Shown here: positions 1-12,992 of the stretch, in pieces | How the letters are laid out: every line of letters starts with the position of its first letter | How positions within the stretch are numbered: position 1 is the first letter of the stretch | Source of the DNA: Centroscyllium fabricii | Taxonomy: Eukaryota | Direction: 5' to 3' | NCBI GenBank assembly: GCA_051313645.2 | Contig: JBNRSN020000010.1 | Span: 9,114,001-9,178,000, forward strand | DNA: 64,000 nucleotides | The notes under the pieces: model-generated | The model's database searches: none | Told to the model about the DNA's origin: nothing | The model's input: only the letters and a program-made list of their open reading frames with translations | Program-made: the position numbers and the translations under genes

Positions 1-3000
1 ATGACTTTAGATTCCTGGATATCTGGGGCTGCTTCTGGGGAAGGTGGGACATGTACAAGTCGGATGGTTTGCACCTGAACCAGAACGGGACTAATATCCT
101 TGTGGGGAGGTTTGCTAGTACTGTTGCGGGCTTTTTAAATCTACTTGGCAGGGGGATGGGATACGGACTGGTAGTATTATAGGTGGTGGTGCGCAGCCAA
201 ATATTAAGAATAAAACAAGTCAGCTTGGAAGGCAGAGCAAATATGTAACGGCACAAGGGAGTATGGCAAGTCTCGATTGAATTTATTTTAATGCAAGGAG
301 TCTTGCGAATAAGGTGGACCAACTGAAAGTGTTGTTGAAAGCATGGGAGTATGATATGGTTGCTATCACGGAGCCATGGTTGAGGGAGGGGCAGGCTCGG
401 CAGCTCAATATTCCGGGGTATAGAATCTTCAGGCGAGACAGAAGGGGGGGGGGTTAAAACAGGAGTATGTGTCGCAATATTAATTAAGGAATAATTTACT
501 GCTGTAAGGAGGGATGATATATTAACAGGTTCCTCTAATGGGTCCATATGGGTGGAGCTTAAAAACAAAAAGGGGGCAAGTCCTTTGGTGGGAGTGTTCT
601 ATAGGCCCCCAAACTGTCAGGGCGAGATAGAGGAACAGATATATAGGCACATCTCAGAGAAGTGTGGAGATAATAGGGTAATAATAGAAGGGCATTTCAA
701 CTTCCCCAATATTAACTGGGATAGTCAGCGTGTGAAAGGCTTGGAGGGTGCAGAATTCTTAAAGTGCATCCAGGAGAGCTTTTTGAGCCAGTATGTAGAG
801 AGTCCTACAAGAGAGGGGGCGGTACTGGACCTGATTCTGGGGAATGTGGTCGGGCAAGTGGTAGAAGTATTAGTAGGAGAGCACTTTGGTGATAGTGACC
901 ATAATTTGGTGAGAATTAAGGTAGTCATGGAAAAGGAAAAAGATGGACCGGAAATAAAGGTTCTACATTGGGGGAAGACCGATTTTAATACGATAAGGCA
1001 GGTCTGGCCACAGTGGACTGGGATCAGATACTTGAAGGAAAATCCACGTCAGAGCAGTGGGAGACTTTGAAAAAGGTAATGGAGAGCGTACTAAGGAAGC
1101 ATGTTCCTGTAAAGATCAAGGGAGGAACCAAGAAACTTAGGGAACCTTGGATGTGACAGGATATACGAGAATAGATTCGGAAGAAGGGGGGCTTTTGGCA
1201 GATAAAAAGAGATAAAGAAAGAGGAAGTCCTAAAGGATGATACAAAGTGCAGTGAAGTACTTAATAAGAAATTAGGAGAGTCAGGAGGGGCCATGAAATG
1301 ACACTGGTGAGCAAAATAAGGTCTAATCCTAAGATGTTTTATAAGTATATTAAGGGCAAGAGGATAACTAGGGAAACAGTAGGGCCCATTAGGGACCAAG
1401 GTGGCACCTTGTGTGTAGAGCCAGAAGATGCAGGTGGGGTTTTAAATGATTTTTTTACATCTGTGTTCACTATGGAGAAGGACGAAGTAGGCTTAGAAAT
1501 CAGGCAGTGAGACTGCGACATACGTGAACATATTACAATCGAGAGGGAGGAGGAACTAGCGGCTTTAGCAGGCTTAAAATTGGATAAATCCCCAGGACCG
1601 GACGAGATGTATCCCAGGCAGCTGTACAAGGGAAAAGCGGAGATTGAATGGGGCCCTGACACTAATTTTCACATCATCTCTGGCCACAGGGGATGTTCCA
1701 GAGGACTGGAGAACAACTAAAGTAATACCATTATTCAAGAAGGGTAGTAGTGATAAACCAGGGAGTAACAGGCCAGTGAGCCTAACATCAGTGGTATGGA
1801 AATTATTGGAAAAACTTCTGAATGATAGAATTTGTATTCACTTGGTGAGGCAAGGATTGATCAAGGATAGTCAGCATGGCTTTGTCAAGGGAAGACCATG
1901 TCTGAACAACTTGGTGTAATTTTGTGAGGGGGTGACTAGGCGTGTGGACGAGGGTAGTGCAATGGATGTGGTATACTTGGATTTCAGTAAGGCTTTTGAT
2001 AAAGTCCCGCATAGGAGACTGGTCAGAATGTATGAGCCCATGTGTTCCAGGGCACCTTGGCACAGCGGATCCAAAACTGGCATAGTGGCAGAAGGCAGAG
2101 TGTGATGGTCGAATGTAGTTTTTGTGACTGGAAGCTTGTATCCAGCGGGGCACTGCAGGGATCGGTGCTGGGTCCCTTGCTGTTTTTAGTCTAGATTAAT
2201 GGTTTGATATGAATTTAAAGGGTATGATCAGTAAGTTCACTGATGTCACAAAAAGTGGTGGGTTGGTGGTTAGCGAGGAGGGAAGCCTCAGTCCGCAGGA
2301 CAATATGAATGTGTTGGTCAGAGGGGCGGAGCAGTAGCAAATTGAATTTAACCCTGAAAAGTGTGAGGTGATGCATTTTGGAAGGACTAACAAGGCAAAG
2401 GAATACACAATGAATGGTAAGATCCTAGTAAAGACAGAGTATCAGAGGGAACTTGGTGTGCATGTACATAGATCCCTAAAGGCAGCAGGACCGGTAGATA
2501 AGGTGGTTAAAAAGGCATATGGGATACTTGCCTTCATTAGCCGAGGCATAGAATATAAGAGCAGGGAGGTTATGTTGGAACTGTACAAAACGCTGGGAAG
2601 GCCACAGTTGGAGTACTGTGTGCAGTTCTGGTCGACACACTATAGGAAGGATGTGATTGCCTGGGAAAGGGTGCAGAGGAGATGCACCAGGATGTTACCT
2701 GGGCTGGACGCTTCAGCTATGAATAAAGACTGGACAGGCTGGGGTTGTTTTCCTTGGAGCAGATAAGGCTGAGGGGGGACCTAATTGAGGTGCACAAAAC
2801 TATGAGGGGCATAGATAAGGTAAGATAGTAAGGAACTTTTTCCTTTGGTAGAGGGGGCAATAACAAGGGGGCATAGTTTCAAGGTGAGGGGCGGGAGGTT
2901 TAGTGGGGATCTGAGGAAGAACCTTTTCACCCAGAGGGTGGTTGGAATCGGAAACTCACTGGCTAAAAGGGTGGTGGCGGCAGGAACCCTCAACAACATT

Positions 3001-3150
3001 CAAGAAGGATTTGGAAGAGCACTTGAAGTGTCATAGCATACAAGACTATGGATCAAATGCAGAAAATGTGATTAGAGTCGGCAGGGCTCGATGTCCGGCA
3101 CAGATGCAATGGGCCGAAAGGGCTCTTTCTGTGCTGTGAAACTCCATGAG
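1..3150 (+). mobile_element. CR1-clade LINE, decayed: end of ORF1 esterase, ORF2 AP-endonuclease + RT, 3' tail
   Basis: GLHLNQNG esterase motif near 65-90; endonuclease motifs (VGVFYRPP, FNFPNINW, GDSDHN) in ORF 552-1070; RT motifs (RPVSLTSV, SQHGFVKG, QGSVLGP); CR1-type C-terminus (RPQLEYCVQFW, TRGHSFK, FTQRVV). Many stops and frameshifts. Confidence 0.92.
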
Positions 3151-3159
3151 TCCAATCAT

Positions 3160-3525
3160 ACAGCACATAAGGAGGCCATTCTACCAATCTTGCCTGTACG
3201 GGCCCTCTGAACGTGTTAACAATTCCTCCCACTCCCCTACTCCCTCCCCATAGACCTGCAAGATTTTCCTTTTCAAGTATTTATCCCATTCCCGATTGAA
3301 ACGTACTATTGAATCTGCTTCCACCACCCTTTCAGGGAGCACATTCCAGATCACAAAAACTGGCTGTGTAAAAAAACTCCTCATAATTGGCTTTGTTGCC
3401 AATTATTTTACATCTGAGTCCTCTGGTTACCGACCCTCCTGCCATTTGCTACCTATTTACTCAGTCAAAACCCTTTGTAATTTTTAACACCTCAATTAAA
3501 TCTCCACTTAATCTTCTCTGCTCTA
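3160..3525 (-). mobile_element. CR1 LINE 3' fragment
   Basis: ORF 3181-3402(-) RSFFTQPVFVIWNVLPERVVEADS is a CR1 ORF2 C-terminus. Confidence 0.8.
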
Positions 3526-3530
3526 ACAAA

Positions 3531-3885
3531 GAAAGACTTGCATTTATATGGCGCATTTCACGACCATGGGACGTCGCAAAGCACTTTACCATCAATGAAG
3601 TACTTTGGAAGTGAAGTCACTGTTGTAATGTGGGAAATGCGACCAGATAATCTGCTTTTGTTATATTGGTTGAAGGATAAATATTGGCCAGGACACCTGG
3701 GATGACTCTCCATATCTTGTCCACACAGTGCCAAGTGATCTTTTACATCCACCTGAGAGAACAGATGTGGCCTCGGTTTAATGTCTCATCTGAAAGAAGG
3801 CACCTCCCCCAATGCAGCATTCCCTCAGCATTGCACTGGAGTGTCACTCTCTGAGGCCTTGACGTCCTTTCTAAAGTGTTGACAT
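3531..3885 (-). mobile_element. Deu-domain SINE (SacSINE1/AmnSINE-like) with L2-type tail
   Basis: Reverse strand reads CAGATGAGACATTAAACCGAGG...GGATGTAAAAGATC...GGTGTCCTGGCCAATATTTATCC (Deu core as recalled) and a tail ending ...CGCCATATAAATGCAAGTCTTT. Confidence 0.7.
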
Positions 3886-3989
3886 GTACAGGATTGGGCA
3901 CAGTATCCCAGCTGAGGTCTAACCAGCTATTTATAACGGTGTAGCAAAGCTGAATTTGGCAGGGCGAGGGGCACCAGGACGAAACATTA

Positions 3990-5945
3990 GAGAAGAGATA
4001 CAAGAGGAGGACAAAGGGATTAATTAAGAAGGGGAAAATAAAATGAGAGGAAGCTCTCAGGAAACATGCAAACTGACTGTAAAAGCTTTTATAGATATGT
4101 GAAGAGAGAAAGATTGGTGTAGTCGAACGTAGGTCCCCTGCAGTCAGAATCAGGGCAATTTATAATGGGGAACAAAGAAATGTCGGACCAATTAAATACA
4201 TATTTTGGTTCTGTCTTCACAAACGACGCCACAAATAACCTTCCAGAAATGTTGGGGAACTTAGGATCTGATGAAAGGGAGGAACTGAAACAAACCAGTA
4301 TTGGTAGGGAAACGGTTTTAGGGAAATTGACGGGACTGAAGGTCCATAAATCCCCAGGCCCTGATTATCTACAACGTAGGGTAACTAAGGAAGTGGCCCT
4401 AGAAATAGTAGATGCATTTCAGATCATCTTACAACATTCGATGTAATCTGGAACAGTACCCATGGATTAGAGGGTAGCTAATGTTACCACACAATTAATA
4501 ACCCCACTATTTAAAAAGGTGCTAGAGAGAAATCGGGGAATTACAGACCCGTAAGCCTGACATCAGTAGTGTGGAAAATGCTAAAGTCCATTATAAAAGA
4601 TGTAATAGCAGAGTACTTGGAAAACCGTGACAGACTCAGACAAAGTTCAAATGGATTTACAAAAGGTAAATCGTGCTTGTCTAGTCTACTGGAAATTTTT
4701 GAGGGTGTAACTGGTAAAGTAGATGAGGGAGAACCAGTGGATGTGGTGTATTTGGACTTTAAGAAGGCTTTGAATTAGGTACCGCATAAGGGATTAGCGT
4801 GAACATTTAAGGCATATGGGATTGGGGCCAAGGTATTGACATGGATAGAGAACTGGTTGGCAGACAGACAGCAAATGGTTGGAAGAAACGGGTCTTTTTC
4901 TGAGTGGCAGGCAGTGACTAGTGGGGTACCTCAGTGATTGGTCCTTGGACTCCAGCTATTCACAATGTATATTAATGATCTAGAAAATGGAACTAGATGT
5001 AATATCTCCAAGTTTGCAGCTGATGCAAAGCTGGGTGGCCGTATGTGCTGTGCCGATGATGCCGAGAAACTCCAGGATCAATTGGAAAGGTTGGGTGATT
5101 GGGCAGAAGCATAGCAGAAGCAATATAATGCGGATAAATGTGAAGTTATCCGTTTTGCTGGCATAAACAGGAAGGCAGATTATTATCTAAAAGGCAATAG
5201 ATTTTGAGAAGGGGAAGTACAACGAGATCTGGGTATCCTTGTGCACCAGTCGCTGAAGATAAGCATACAGGTGCAGCAGGCGGTTAAGAAGGTAACTGGT
5301 ATGCTGGCCTTTGTAGCGAGAGGGTTCGACTACAGGGACAAGGATGTCTTGCTCCAGTTGTATAGGGCCTTGGTGAGACCACATCTTAGGTATTGTCTGC
5401 AGTTTTGGTCCACTTATCTGTGGAAGAATGTTCTTGACATTGAGGGAGTGCAGCGAAGATTCACCAGGCTGAAACCTGGGATGGCAGGAATGACGGAGGA
5501 GGAGAGATTGGGTCGATTGGGCGTATACACGCTGTGGTTTAGAAAAATGAGCGAGGATATCATTGAAACTTATAACATTTTTACAGGACTGCACAGACTA
5601 GATGCAGGAAGGACGTTCCCGATGGCCGGGGAGTCCAGAACCAGGGGTCACAGACTAAGAATAAGGGGTAAACCATTTAGGACTGAGATGAGGAGGAATT
5701 TCTTCACCCAGAGATTGGTGAACCTATGGAAATCTCTACCACAGAAGGCAGTAGAGGCCATTTCATTAAATATATTCAAGAAGGAGTTAGATATATTTCT
5801 TAAGGCTAAAGCGATCAAGGGATATGGAGGGAAGGCAGGGACAGGGTACTGGGTTTGGATGATCAGCCATGATCTCTTTGAATGGTGGAGCAGGCTCTAG
5901 GGGCCGTATCGTCTACTCCTGCTCCTATCTTCATGTTTCTATGTA
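3990..5945 (+). mobile_element. CR1/HER1-type LINE, 5'-truncated RT region with 3' tail
   Basis: KSPGPD, VDVVYLDF, RPHLRYCLQFW and RRNFFTQRLVNLW motifs; tail GATCAGCCATGATC...CTCCTGCTCCTATC...TGTTTCTATGT shared with the V-SINEs in this window. Confidence 0.9.
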
Positions 5946-7052
5946 ATCCCCTTTAAACTTATGACCAATTTCTTTAAACCAATGACCCCTGGTTATTGAC
6001 CCTTTTGCTAAGGGAAATAGGTCCTTCCTATCCAATCTCCCTAGAACCCTCATAATTTTATACACCTCAATTAGCCCTCACCTTAGCCTCATCTGTTCAA
6101 AAGAAAACAAAACCAGGCTATCCAACATTTCCTCATAGCTAAAGTTCCCCAGCTTGGGCAACATCCTCGTAAATCTGCTCTGCATCCCCTCTAGTGCAAT
6201 CACATCCTTCCTGTAATATTGTGACCAGAACTGCACGGAGTATTCTAGCTGAGGCCTAACTCGTGTTTTACACAGTTCAAGCATAATCTCCATGCTCTTA
6301 TTGTCTATGCCTCGGCTGGTAAAGGCAAGCATCCCATATGCCTTCTTAACCACCTTATCTACCTGCCCTGCTACCGTCAGCGATCTGCGGATGTGTACTC
6401 CAAGTTCTCTGTGATCTTCTGCACTTCTCAGTGTCCTCCAATTTATAGATTATTCCCTTGCCTTGTTAGCTGTCCCCAAATACATTACCTCACACTTCTC
6501 CGGATTGAATTCCATTTGCCACTGTTCTGCCCACCTTACTAGTCCATTGATATTTTGCTGCAGTCTGCAGCTTTCTTCTTCATTATCAACCACACGGCCA
6601 ATTTATGTACTATCTGTAGACGTCTTAATCATACTTCCTACATTCCTACATTGATATATACCACAAAAAAGAAGGACCCAGTAGTATGCCCTGCAGAACC
6701 CCACTAGAAAGAGCCTTTCAGTCACAAAAACATCCTTCAAACATTACACTGTGTTGCCTGCCTCTGAGCCAATCTTGGATCCAACTTTGCCTTCGATTCC
6801 ATGGACTTTCACTTTCCTGACCAGTCTGCCAGGCAGGACCTTATCAAAAGCCTTGCTAAAATCCATATAGACTACATCAAATGCACAGACTTTACCAACC
6901 CTCCTTGCTACCTCCTCAAAATATTCATTCAAGTTAGTCAGACATGACCTTCCCTTAACAAATCAATGTTGACTGTCACTGATTAATCCTTGTCTTTCTA
7001 ATTGAAGATTTATCCTGTCTCTCAGAATTTTTTCGCCACCACCGAGATTACT
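5946..7052 (-). mobile_element. CR1 LINE RT fragment
   Basis: DVVYMDFSKAFDKV (6744-6932) and RPQLEYSVQFWS (6078-6353) on the minus strand. Confidence 0.88.
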
Positions 7053-7222
7053 AAAGATAATACATTCATAAAAATTGAAATAATACTTGAACGGAGAAGT
7101 AACAATCCCAGAACATCAGCAATTATCTGTGAAAACTGCCTGCAGTGCTTTCATCGCATACTTTGCTTCTCTCTGTCTCTCTCGAACCGAATGATTAATT
7201 CTGCTGCATTACCACAATCAAG

Positions 7223-7316
7223 ATGCTCAGCCAAGCCGCAGTATAAGGATGTACCTGTACGAGTTTGAGCCTCTCTCAGAGATGGACTTCAACTCCCGGA
7301 ATGTAGCAGTGTTTCA
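7223..7316 (+). CDS. Candidate internal coding exon of an unidentified host gene: (D)AQPSRSIRMYLYEFEPLSEMDFNSRNVAVF
   Basis: Non-repeat island; pyrimidine tract at about 7161-7182, first downstream AG at 7221-7222; donor CA|GTACGT at 7317; open frame; phase-compatible with the exon at 24030. Confidence 0.5.
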
Positions 7317-7349
7317 GTACGTATTATTCCCTTTCATGGCTCAATTTTC

Positions 7350-7615
7350 AGCATCCTCGCCTCGCAATCAGAAGGTCCAGGGTTCAAAAGACCTGCTGCA
7401 GAGACTTGAGCAAAGAATTCAGGCTGGCGCTGCGGTGCAGTGCTGAGGGAGCGCTACAGTGTCGGATGCGCTGTCTTTCGAATGAAACTTTGAACCGAGG
7501 CTCCCGCCCATCGGCCATCTCAGGAGGACATCAAAGATCCCATGGAGCAATTGGGAGGAAGTCTCAGGGCAGTTATCCGAGGTGTCCTGGTCAATATGTA
7601 TTCCTCAAACATCAT
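7350..7615 (+). mobile_element. Deu-domain SINE fragment
   Basis: GCAGTGCTGAGGGAGCGCT...GAACCGAGG...AAAGATCCCATGG...GGTGTCCTGGTCAATA, same family as 3531-3885. Confidence 0.65.
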
Positions 7616-9061
7616 GGGGAGGGGTTAAAGGGGACGGGTTAGAGGGGGATTCACATTCGGTGTGGAGTGGCAGTGCGTGGAGATTAATCATAGAACCATA
7701 GAGATTATTAGCTCACTACCGTTACACTGGAGTTGACACTGATCCTCCGGGATTATTTTTGCACTACACTTGCACTAGAGTTGACAGTTCTACTCCAGTA
7801 TGATTGATGGACTACACGTACACCAGAGTGGACATTTCTCCTCTGGCATTATAAATGCACTACACTCACACTAGAGTGGGCACTGCCCCACCGGTTTTAG
7901 TGGTGATCTGCACTTACACTAGAGATTACGCTGCTGTTCTGGTATTAGTCTTGCACTATACTTTCTTCTGGTTGGACACTGCTCCTCCAGTTTTCTTGTT
8001 GCACTGCAAATACATTCGATTGCTGCCTGCTCCTCCAGTATTATTGGTGCACTACACTTACAGTAGATTTGACCGTGCTCCTCCGCTATTATTCATGCAG
8101 TACAATTACAATAGAGTGCACACTGCTCCTTCGCTCTTGCTGGTGCACAATAATTACACTAGAGTTTACACTGCTCCAGTATTTTGCATGCACTATATTT
8201 ACACTAGAGTTGACACTGTTCCTCCGTTATTACTGGTGTACTATACTTATACTAGATTTGACACTGCTCCTCCGGAATTATTGGCATACTACACTTACAC
8301 TAAAGTGAACATTGCTCCACCGGTATTATTCCTGCATTACACTTAGACTAATGTTGACGATTCTCCTGCAGTATTATTGGTGCACTAAACATACACTAGA
8401 TTTGGCACAGTTTCTCCAGTTGTATTGGTGCACAATAGTTAGACTGGATTTGACACAGTTCCTCCGGTAAAATTGTTGCAATACTCTTACACTAGTCTGG
8501 ATACTGCTCCTCCTGCATTATTGGAGCACTACATTTACACAAGAATGAACACTTCTCCTTCGGTACACATACACGAGAGTGGACACTGCTCCTCCTTTAT
8601 AATTGATGCACTACACTTACTCTAGAAGGACACTGCTCCTCCAGTATTATTGGTGCTCTACACTTAGGTTGGCGTTGATACTGTTCCTCCCGTATTATTG
8701 GTGCACTGCACTTACACCAGAGTTGAAACTGCTGTGCTAGTATTTTTGGTGCACTATACTTACACAAATGTTGCCAAGGTACCTCCTGTAGTATTAATTC
8801 ACTACAAATAGACTAGCGTTGACAGAGCTCTTCCAGTATTATTGGTGTACATACAGTTAAACTGGAGTTGACACTGCTTCTCCGCTATTATTGGTTCACT
8901 GCACTTACACTAGAATTGACATTGATCCTCCGGGCTTATTGATGCACTACACCAGCACCAGAGCCGACACTACTCCTCTGGTATTAGTGTTTCACAATAT
9001 TTTCACTACAGTTGACACTGCTCCTCCGGTGTTATTGGTGCACTACACTTATACTAGATTT

Positions 9062-9460
9062 ACATAGAAATATAGAAACATAGAAACATAGAAGATAGGA
9101 GCAGGAGTAGGCCATTCGGCCCTTTGATCCTGCTCCGCCATTCATTGAGATCATGGCTGATCATCCAAACCCAGTAAACCGCCCCTGCCCTCTCCCCATA
9201 TCCCTATCGAGCCTGCACCGACACATATCCCACCCAATCCCCGTAACCCCACACATTCAATCCCCCTAACACTAAGGGTAATTTTATCCTAGCCAATCAA
9301 CCTAACCCGCGCATATTTGGACTGTGGGAGGAAACCGGAGCACCCGGAGGAAACCCACGCAAACACGGCGAGAATGTGCAAACTCCACACAGATAGTCAC
9401 CCGAGGCTGGATTTGAACCCGGGTCCCCAGTGCTGTGAGGCAACAGCCACCGTGCCGCCC
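9062..9460 (-). mobile_element. HE1-type V-SINE, long-tail form
   Basis: tRNA-like head GGGCGGCACGGTGG...GGGTTCAAATCC, V-domain GTGTGGAGTTTGCACATTCTC...GGGTGCTCCGGTTTCCTCCCACAGTCC, CR1 tail ending (TTCTATGT)n. Confidence 0.9.
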
Positions 9461-10100
9461 GTTGACACTGCTCCTCCGGTATTATTGATGCACTACACTT
9501 ACAGAAGTGTTCACACTGGTCCTCAGATATTATTGGTGCTCTGCACCTACCCTAGAGTTGACAGTGCCCCAGTATTTATCGTGCACTACAATTACTCTGC
9601 AGTTGACACTGTTTCCCCTGTATTATTGGTTCACTACACTTACACTAGAGTTGACAGTGCTCCTCCAGTACTATTGGTGTACTAGCCTTACTCTGGATTT
9701 TACACTGCCCCTCCAGTATTATTGCTGCACAACACTTATACTAGAGTTGACAATGCTCCTCCGGTATTATTGGCGCACAACATCTACACAAGAGTGGACA
9801 CTGCTCCACCGATATTACTGGTGCTCTACATTTCCAGCAGAGATGACACTGGTCGTCCTTTATTATTGGTTTACTACACTTACACTAGAGTTGACAGTGC
9901 TTCTCCAGTATTATTAATGTACCACCCTTACACCGAATTTGACACTGCTCCTCTGGTATTTTTGCTTCAATTCACTTACGATAGAGTTGACACTGGTCGT
10001 CCGGTATTATTGTTGCACTACACTTACACTAGATCTGACTCTGCTCTTCCGGTATTATTGATGCACGACATTTGCACTAGATTGCACACTGCCCCTCCGG

Positions 10101-10527
10101 TATATAACGTAGATAAATGCGAGGTTATCCACTTTGCTGTCAAAATCAGAAAGGCAGACTATTATCTCAATGGAAATAAATTGGGAGATGGGGAAGTGCA
10201 ACGAGAACTGGGTGTTCTTGTGCACCAGTCGTTGAAAGTAAGCATGCAGGTGCAGCAGGTGGTGAGGTAGGCAAATGGTATGTTAGCCTTCATAGCGAAA
10301 GGGTTTGAGTACACGAACAATAATTTCCTGCTACAGTTGTACAGGGCCTTGGTGAGACCACACCTCGAGTACTTTGTGCAGTTTTGATCGCCTTATCTGA
10401 CGAAGGATGTTCCTGCTATGGAAGGAGTTCAGCGAAGATTCACAAGGCTGATAACTGGAATGGCAGGAATGACTTATGATGAGATATTGGGTCGATTGGG
10501 CTTATACTCGCTGGGGTTTAGAAGAAT
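10101..10527 (+). mobile_element. CR1 internal fragment within the satellite
   Basis: YNVDKCEVIHF...ELGVLVHQSLKVSMQVQQ at the end of ORF 9722-10270. Confidence 0.85.
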
Positions 10528-10657
10528 CATAGAATCCTAGAATCACAGAACCCGTACAGTGCAGTTGGAGGCCATTTCCGCCCGTTGAGCCTGCACCGAC
10601 ACATATCCCATCCTATCCCCTAACGCCACATATTTAACCCCCTAACACTAAGGGTCA
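10525..10657 (-). mobile_element. V-SINE 3' fragment, short-tail form
   Basis: Reverse strand ...GATATGTGTCGGTGCAGGCTCAACGGGCGGAAATGGCCTCC...GATTCTAGGATTCTATGATTC. Confidence 0.7.
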
Positions 10658-11271
10658 TAGATACCAGAGTGCATAGATCACCTCTGGTATTATTGGTGTA
10701 TTACACCTACACTGGAGTGGACACTGCTGCTCCAGTATTATTCCTGCACTACACCTATACTAGAGACGATACGTCTCCTCCAGTATTGTTAGTGCACTAC
10801 ACTTACAGTAGAGTTGACACTGCTCCTCCGCGATTATTGATGTACTACACTTACACTGGAGTGGACACTGCTGTTCTGGTATTATTCGTGCACTATATTT
10901 ACACTAGAGTTGACACTGCCCCTCCGGTACTATTCATGCAGAACACTTATAATGGAATGGTACTTCTCCTCCGGTATTATTGGTGCACTACACTTACACG
11001 GGAGTGGACACTGCTCCTCCAGTATTAATGCTGCACTGCACTTATACTAGAGTGAACACTGCTCCTCCGGGATTACCTGTGCACTGCACTTACACGGGAG
11101 TGGACACTGCTGTTCTGGTATTATTCGTGCACTATATTTACACTAGATTTGACACTGCCCCTCCGGTATTATTCATGCAGAACACTTATAATAGAGTGGT
11201 ACTTCTCCTCCGGTATTATTGGTGCACTACACTTACACTAGAGTGGACACAGCGCCTCCAGTATTAATGCT

Positions 11272-11492
11272 TCTTCTTGTCGTATCTTCTTTCGAAGGGG
11301 TGGATGGAGTTTTTTAACAGACCGGTTAACGGTCTGCCTTTTGACCGCGCGTTAGCGCCTCCTCCGTGGTCACTGCCTGCTATTGCACCTGGTCTTCCCC
11401 GATGGTCTCCCATCCAAGTACTGACCAGGCCTGACTCTGCTTAGTTTCCGAGGTCGACTTGGGATCGGGCGTTCTAGACTAGCAGGCCGGGG
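11272..11492 (-). mobile_element. 5S rRNA-derived SINE (SINE3-type), 221 bp, with perfect 13-bp TSD
   Basis: Minus strand GAACGCCCGATCCCAAGTCGACCTCGGAAACTAAGCAGAGTCAGGCCTGGTCAGTACTTGGATGGGAGACC...ACCAGGTGC aligns to 5S rRNA including box A and box C; then about 108 nt of non-5S body ending GATACGACAAGAAGA; flanked by CAGTATTAATGCT at 11259-11271 and 11493-11505. Confidence 0.88.
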
Positions 11493-12992
11493 CAGTATTA
11501 ATGCTGCACTGCACTTATACTAGAGTGAACACTGCTCCTCCGGGATTTCCTGTGCACTACACTTACACGGGAGTGAACACTGCTCCTCCTGGATTAATGC
11601 TGCACTGCACTTATACTAGAGTGAACACTGCTCCTCCGGGATTACCTGTGCACTACACTTACACGGGAGTGGACACTGCTCCTCTTGGTTTATTGATGCG
11701 CTACACTTATATTGCAGAGTTGACACTGCTCCTCCGTTATTATTCATGCACAACACTTACACCTGAGAGGATAATTCTCCTCCGGTTTTATTGGTGCACT
11801 ACACGTACACTGGAGTGGACAATGCTCCTCCAGAATTATTGGTGCAGTACACTTACAATTGACTTGGCACTGCTCCACCAATATTATTGATGCACTACTG
11901 TTACACTAGATTTGACACTGTTCCTTTGGTGTAAATTGTGCAGTACACTTACACTAAATTTGACACTGTACCTCTGTTGATGTTGTTGAACTACCCTTAT
12001 ACTAGAGTTGGCACTGTACCTCTGGTGATGTTGGTGAACTACCCTTACACTAGAGTTGACTCTGCTCCTCCGGTACTACTGGTGCACTGCAATTACACTA
12101 GAGTTGATGCTGCTCCTCCGTTAGTTTTGGTGCTCTAATATTACACGAGATTTTACAATGTTCCTCCGTTATTATTGGTGCACTACAATTACACTTGCTT
12201 TGACACTGCTTCTGCATTATAATTGGTGCACTTCACTTACACTAGAGTGGTCACGGCTCCTCTGGTATTATTGCTGTAATAAACTTAAACTTCTGTTGCC
12301 ACTGCTCCACCGGATTTATTCATGAAGTTCACATTCATTAGAGTTGATATTGCTCCTACAGTATTATTGGTGCACTAAATTTACACTAGAGTGGAAACTA
12401 CTCCTCCGGTATAATTGGTGCTCTACATTAACACTAGATGTGACACTGCTTCTCTAGTAGTATTGCTGCTCAACACTTGACACTGCTCAGCCGGCATTAT
12501 TGGCCCAAAATTAGCCTCGGAGCCTTCCTGCGAGTGTAGGCCTCCAAGGTATACTTACCCTGCGCTCCTGCCATTCTGCAATTCTGGGATGTGAAATCCC
12601 GATTTGTAAAGCTGCTTCAAGATCCAGGTGTCGGGCTGGTGTAACTGAACGTCATACTTAGTGGGAGATCTCACGTGGGACCACGTGGTCTGCAGTGAGC
12701 CAATGAATGGAAGCAATCCACCATTAATAACTTTCACGGAGAAATCTGTGTAAGTTATGAAAAAGAAGAGCTTCAAAAACACATCTGAACTCAAACATAA
12801 AATTAAAAAACCACCACATTGCTTTACAATATTCTAACTAACAAAAAATTCCTATTTTAAAGGAAAAAAGTAAATTCAAAAAATTTAAAAAAAAGTTTTT
12901 ATGAGTGGCCTACAGTCTTTGAAGTTTACAAAACAGAAAAACCTGCAAAAAAACTTAAATTCTATAAAATAAAACACGTCCTGATAAAAAGG

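Larger units (their letters stand above)
7710..12500 (+). repeat. Diverged 48-bp tandem repeat array, part 1 (interrupted by SINE/LINE insertions)
   Basis: Consensus ACACTTACACTAGAGTTGACACTGCTCCTCCGGTATTATTGGTGCACT; gives 16-aa periodic pseudo-ORFs (YTYTRVDTAPPVLLVH). Confidence 0.95.

Noticed and set aside
11380-11492. Functional 5S rRNA gene
   Set aside because: Diverged from 5S, no T-run terminator after the 5S portion, fused to a foreign body and flanked by a TSD: a retroposon.
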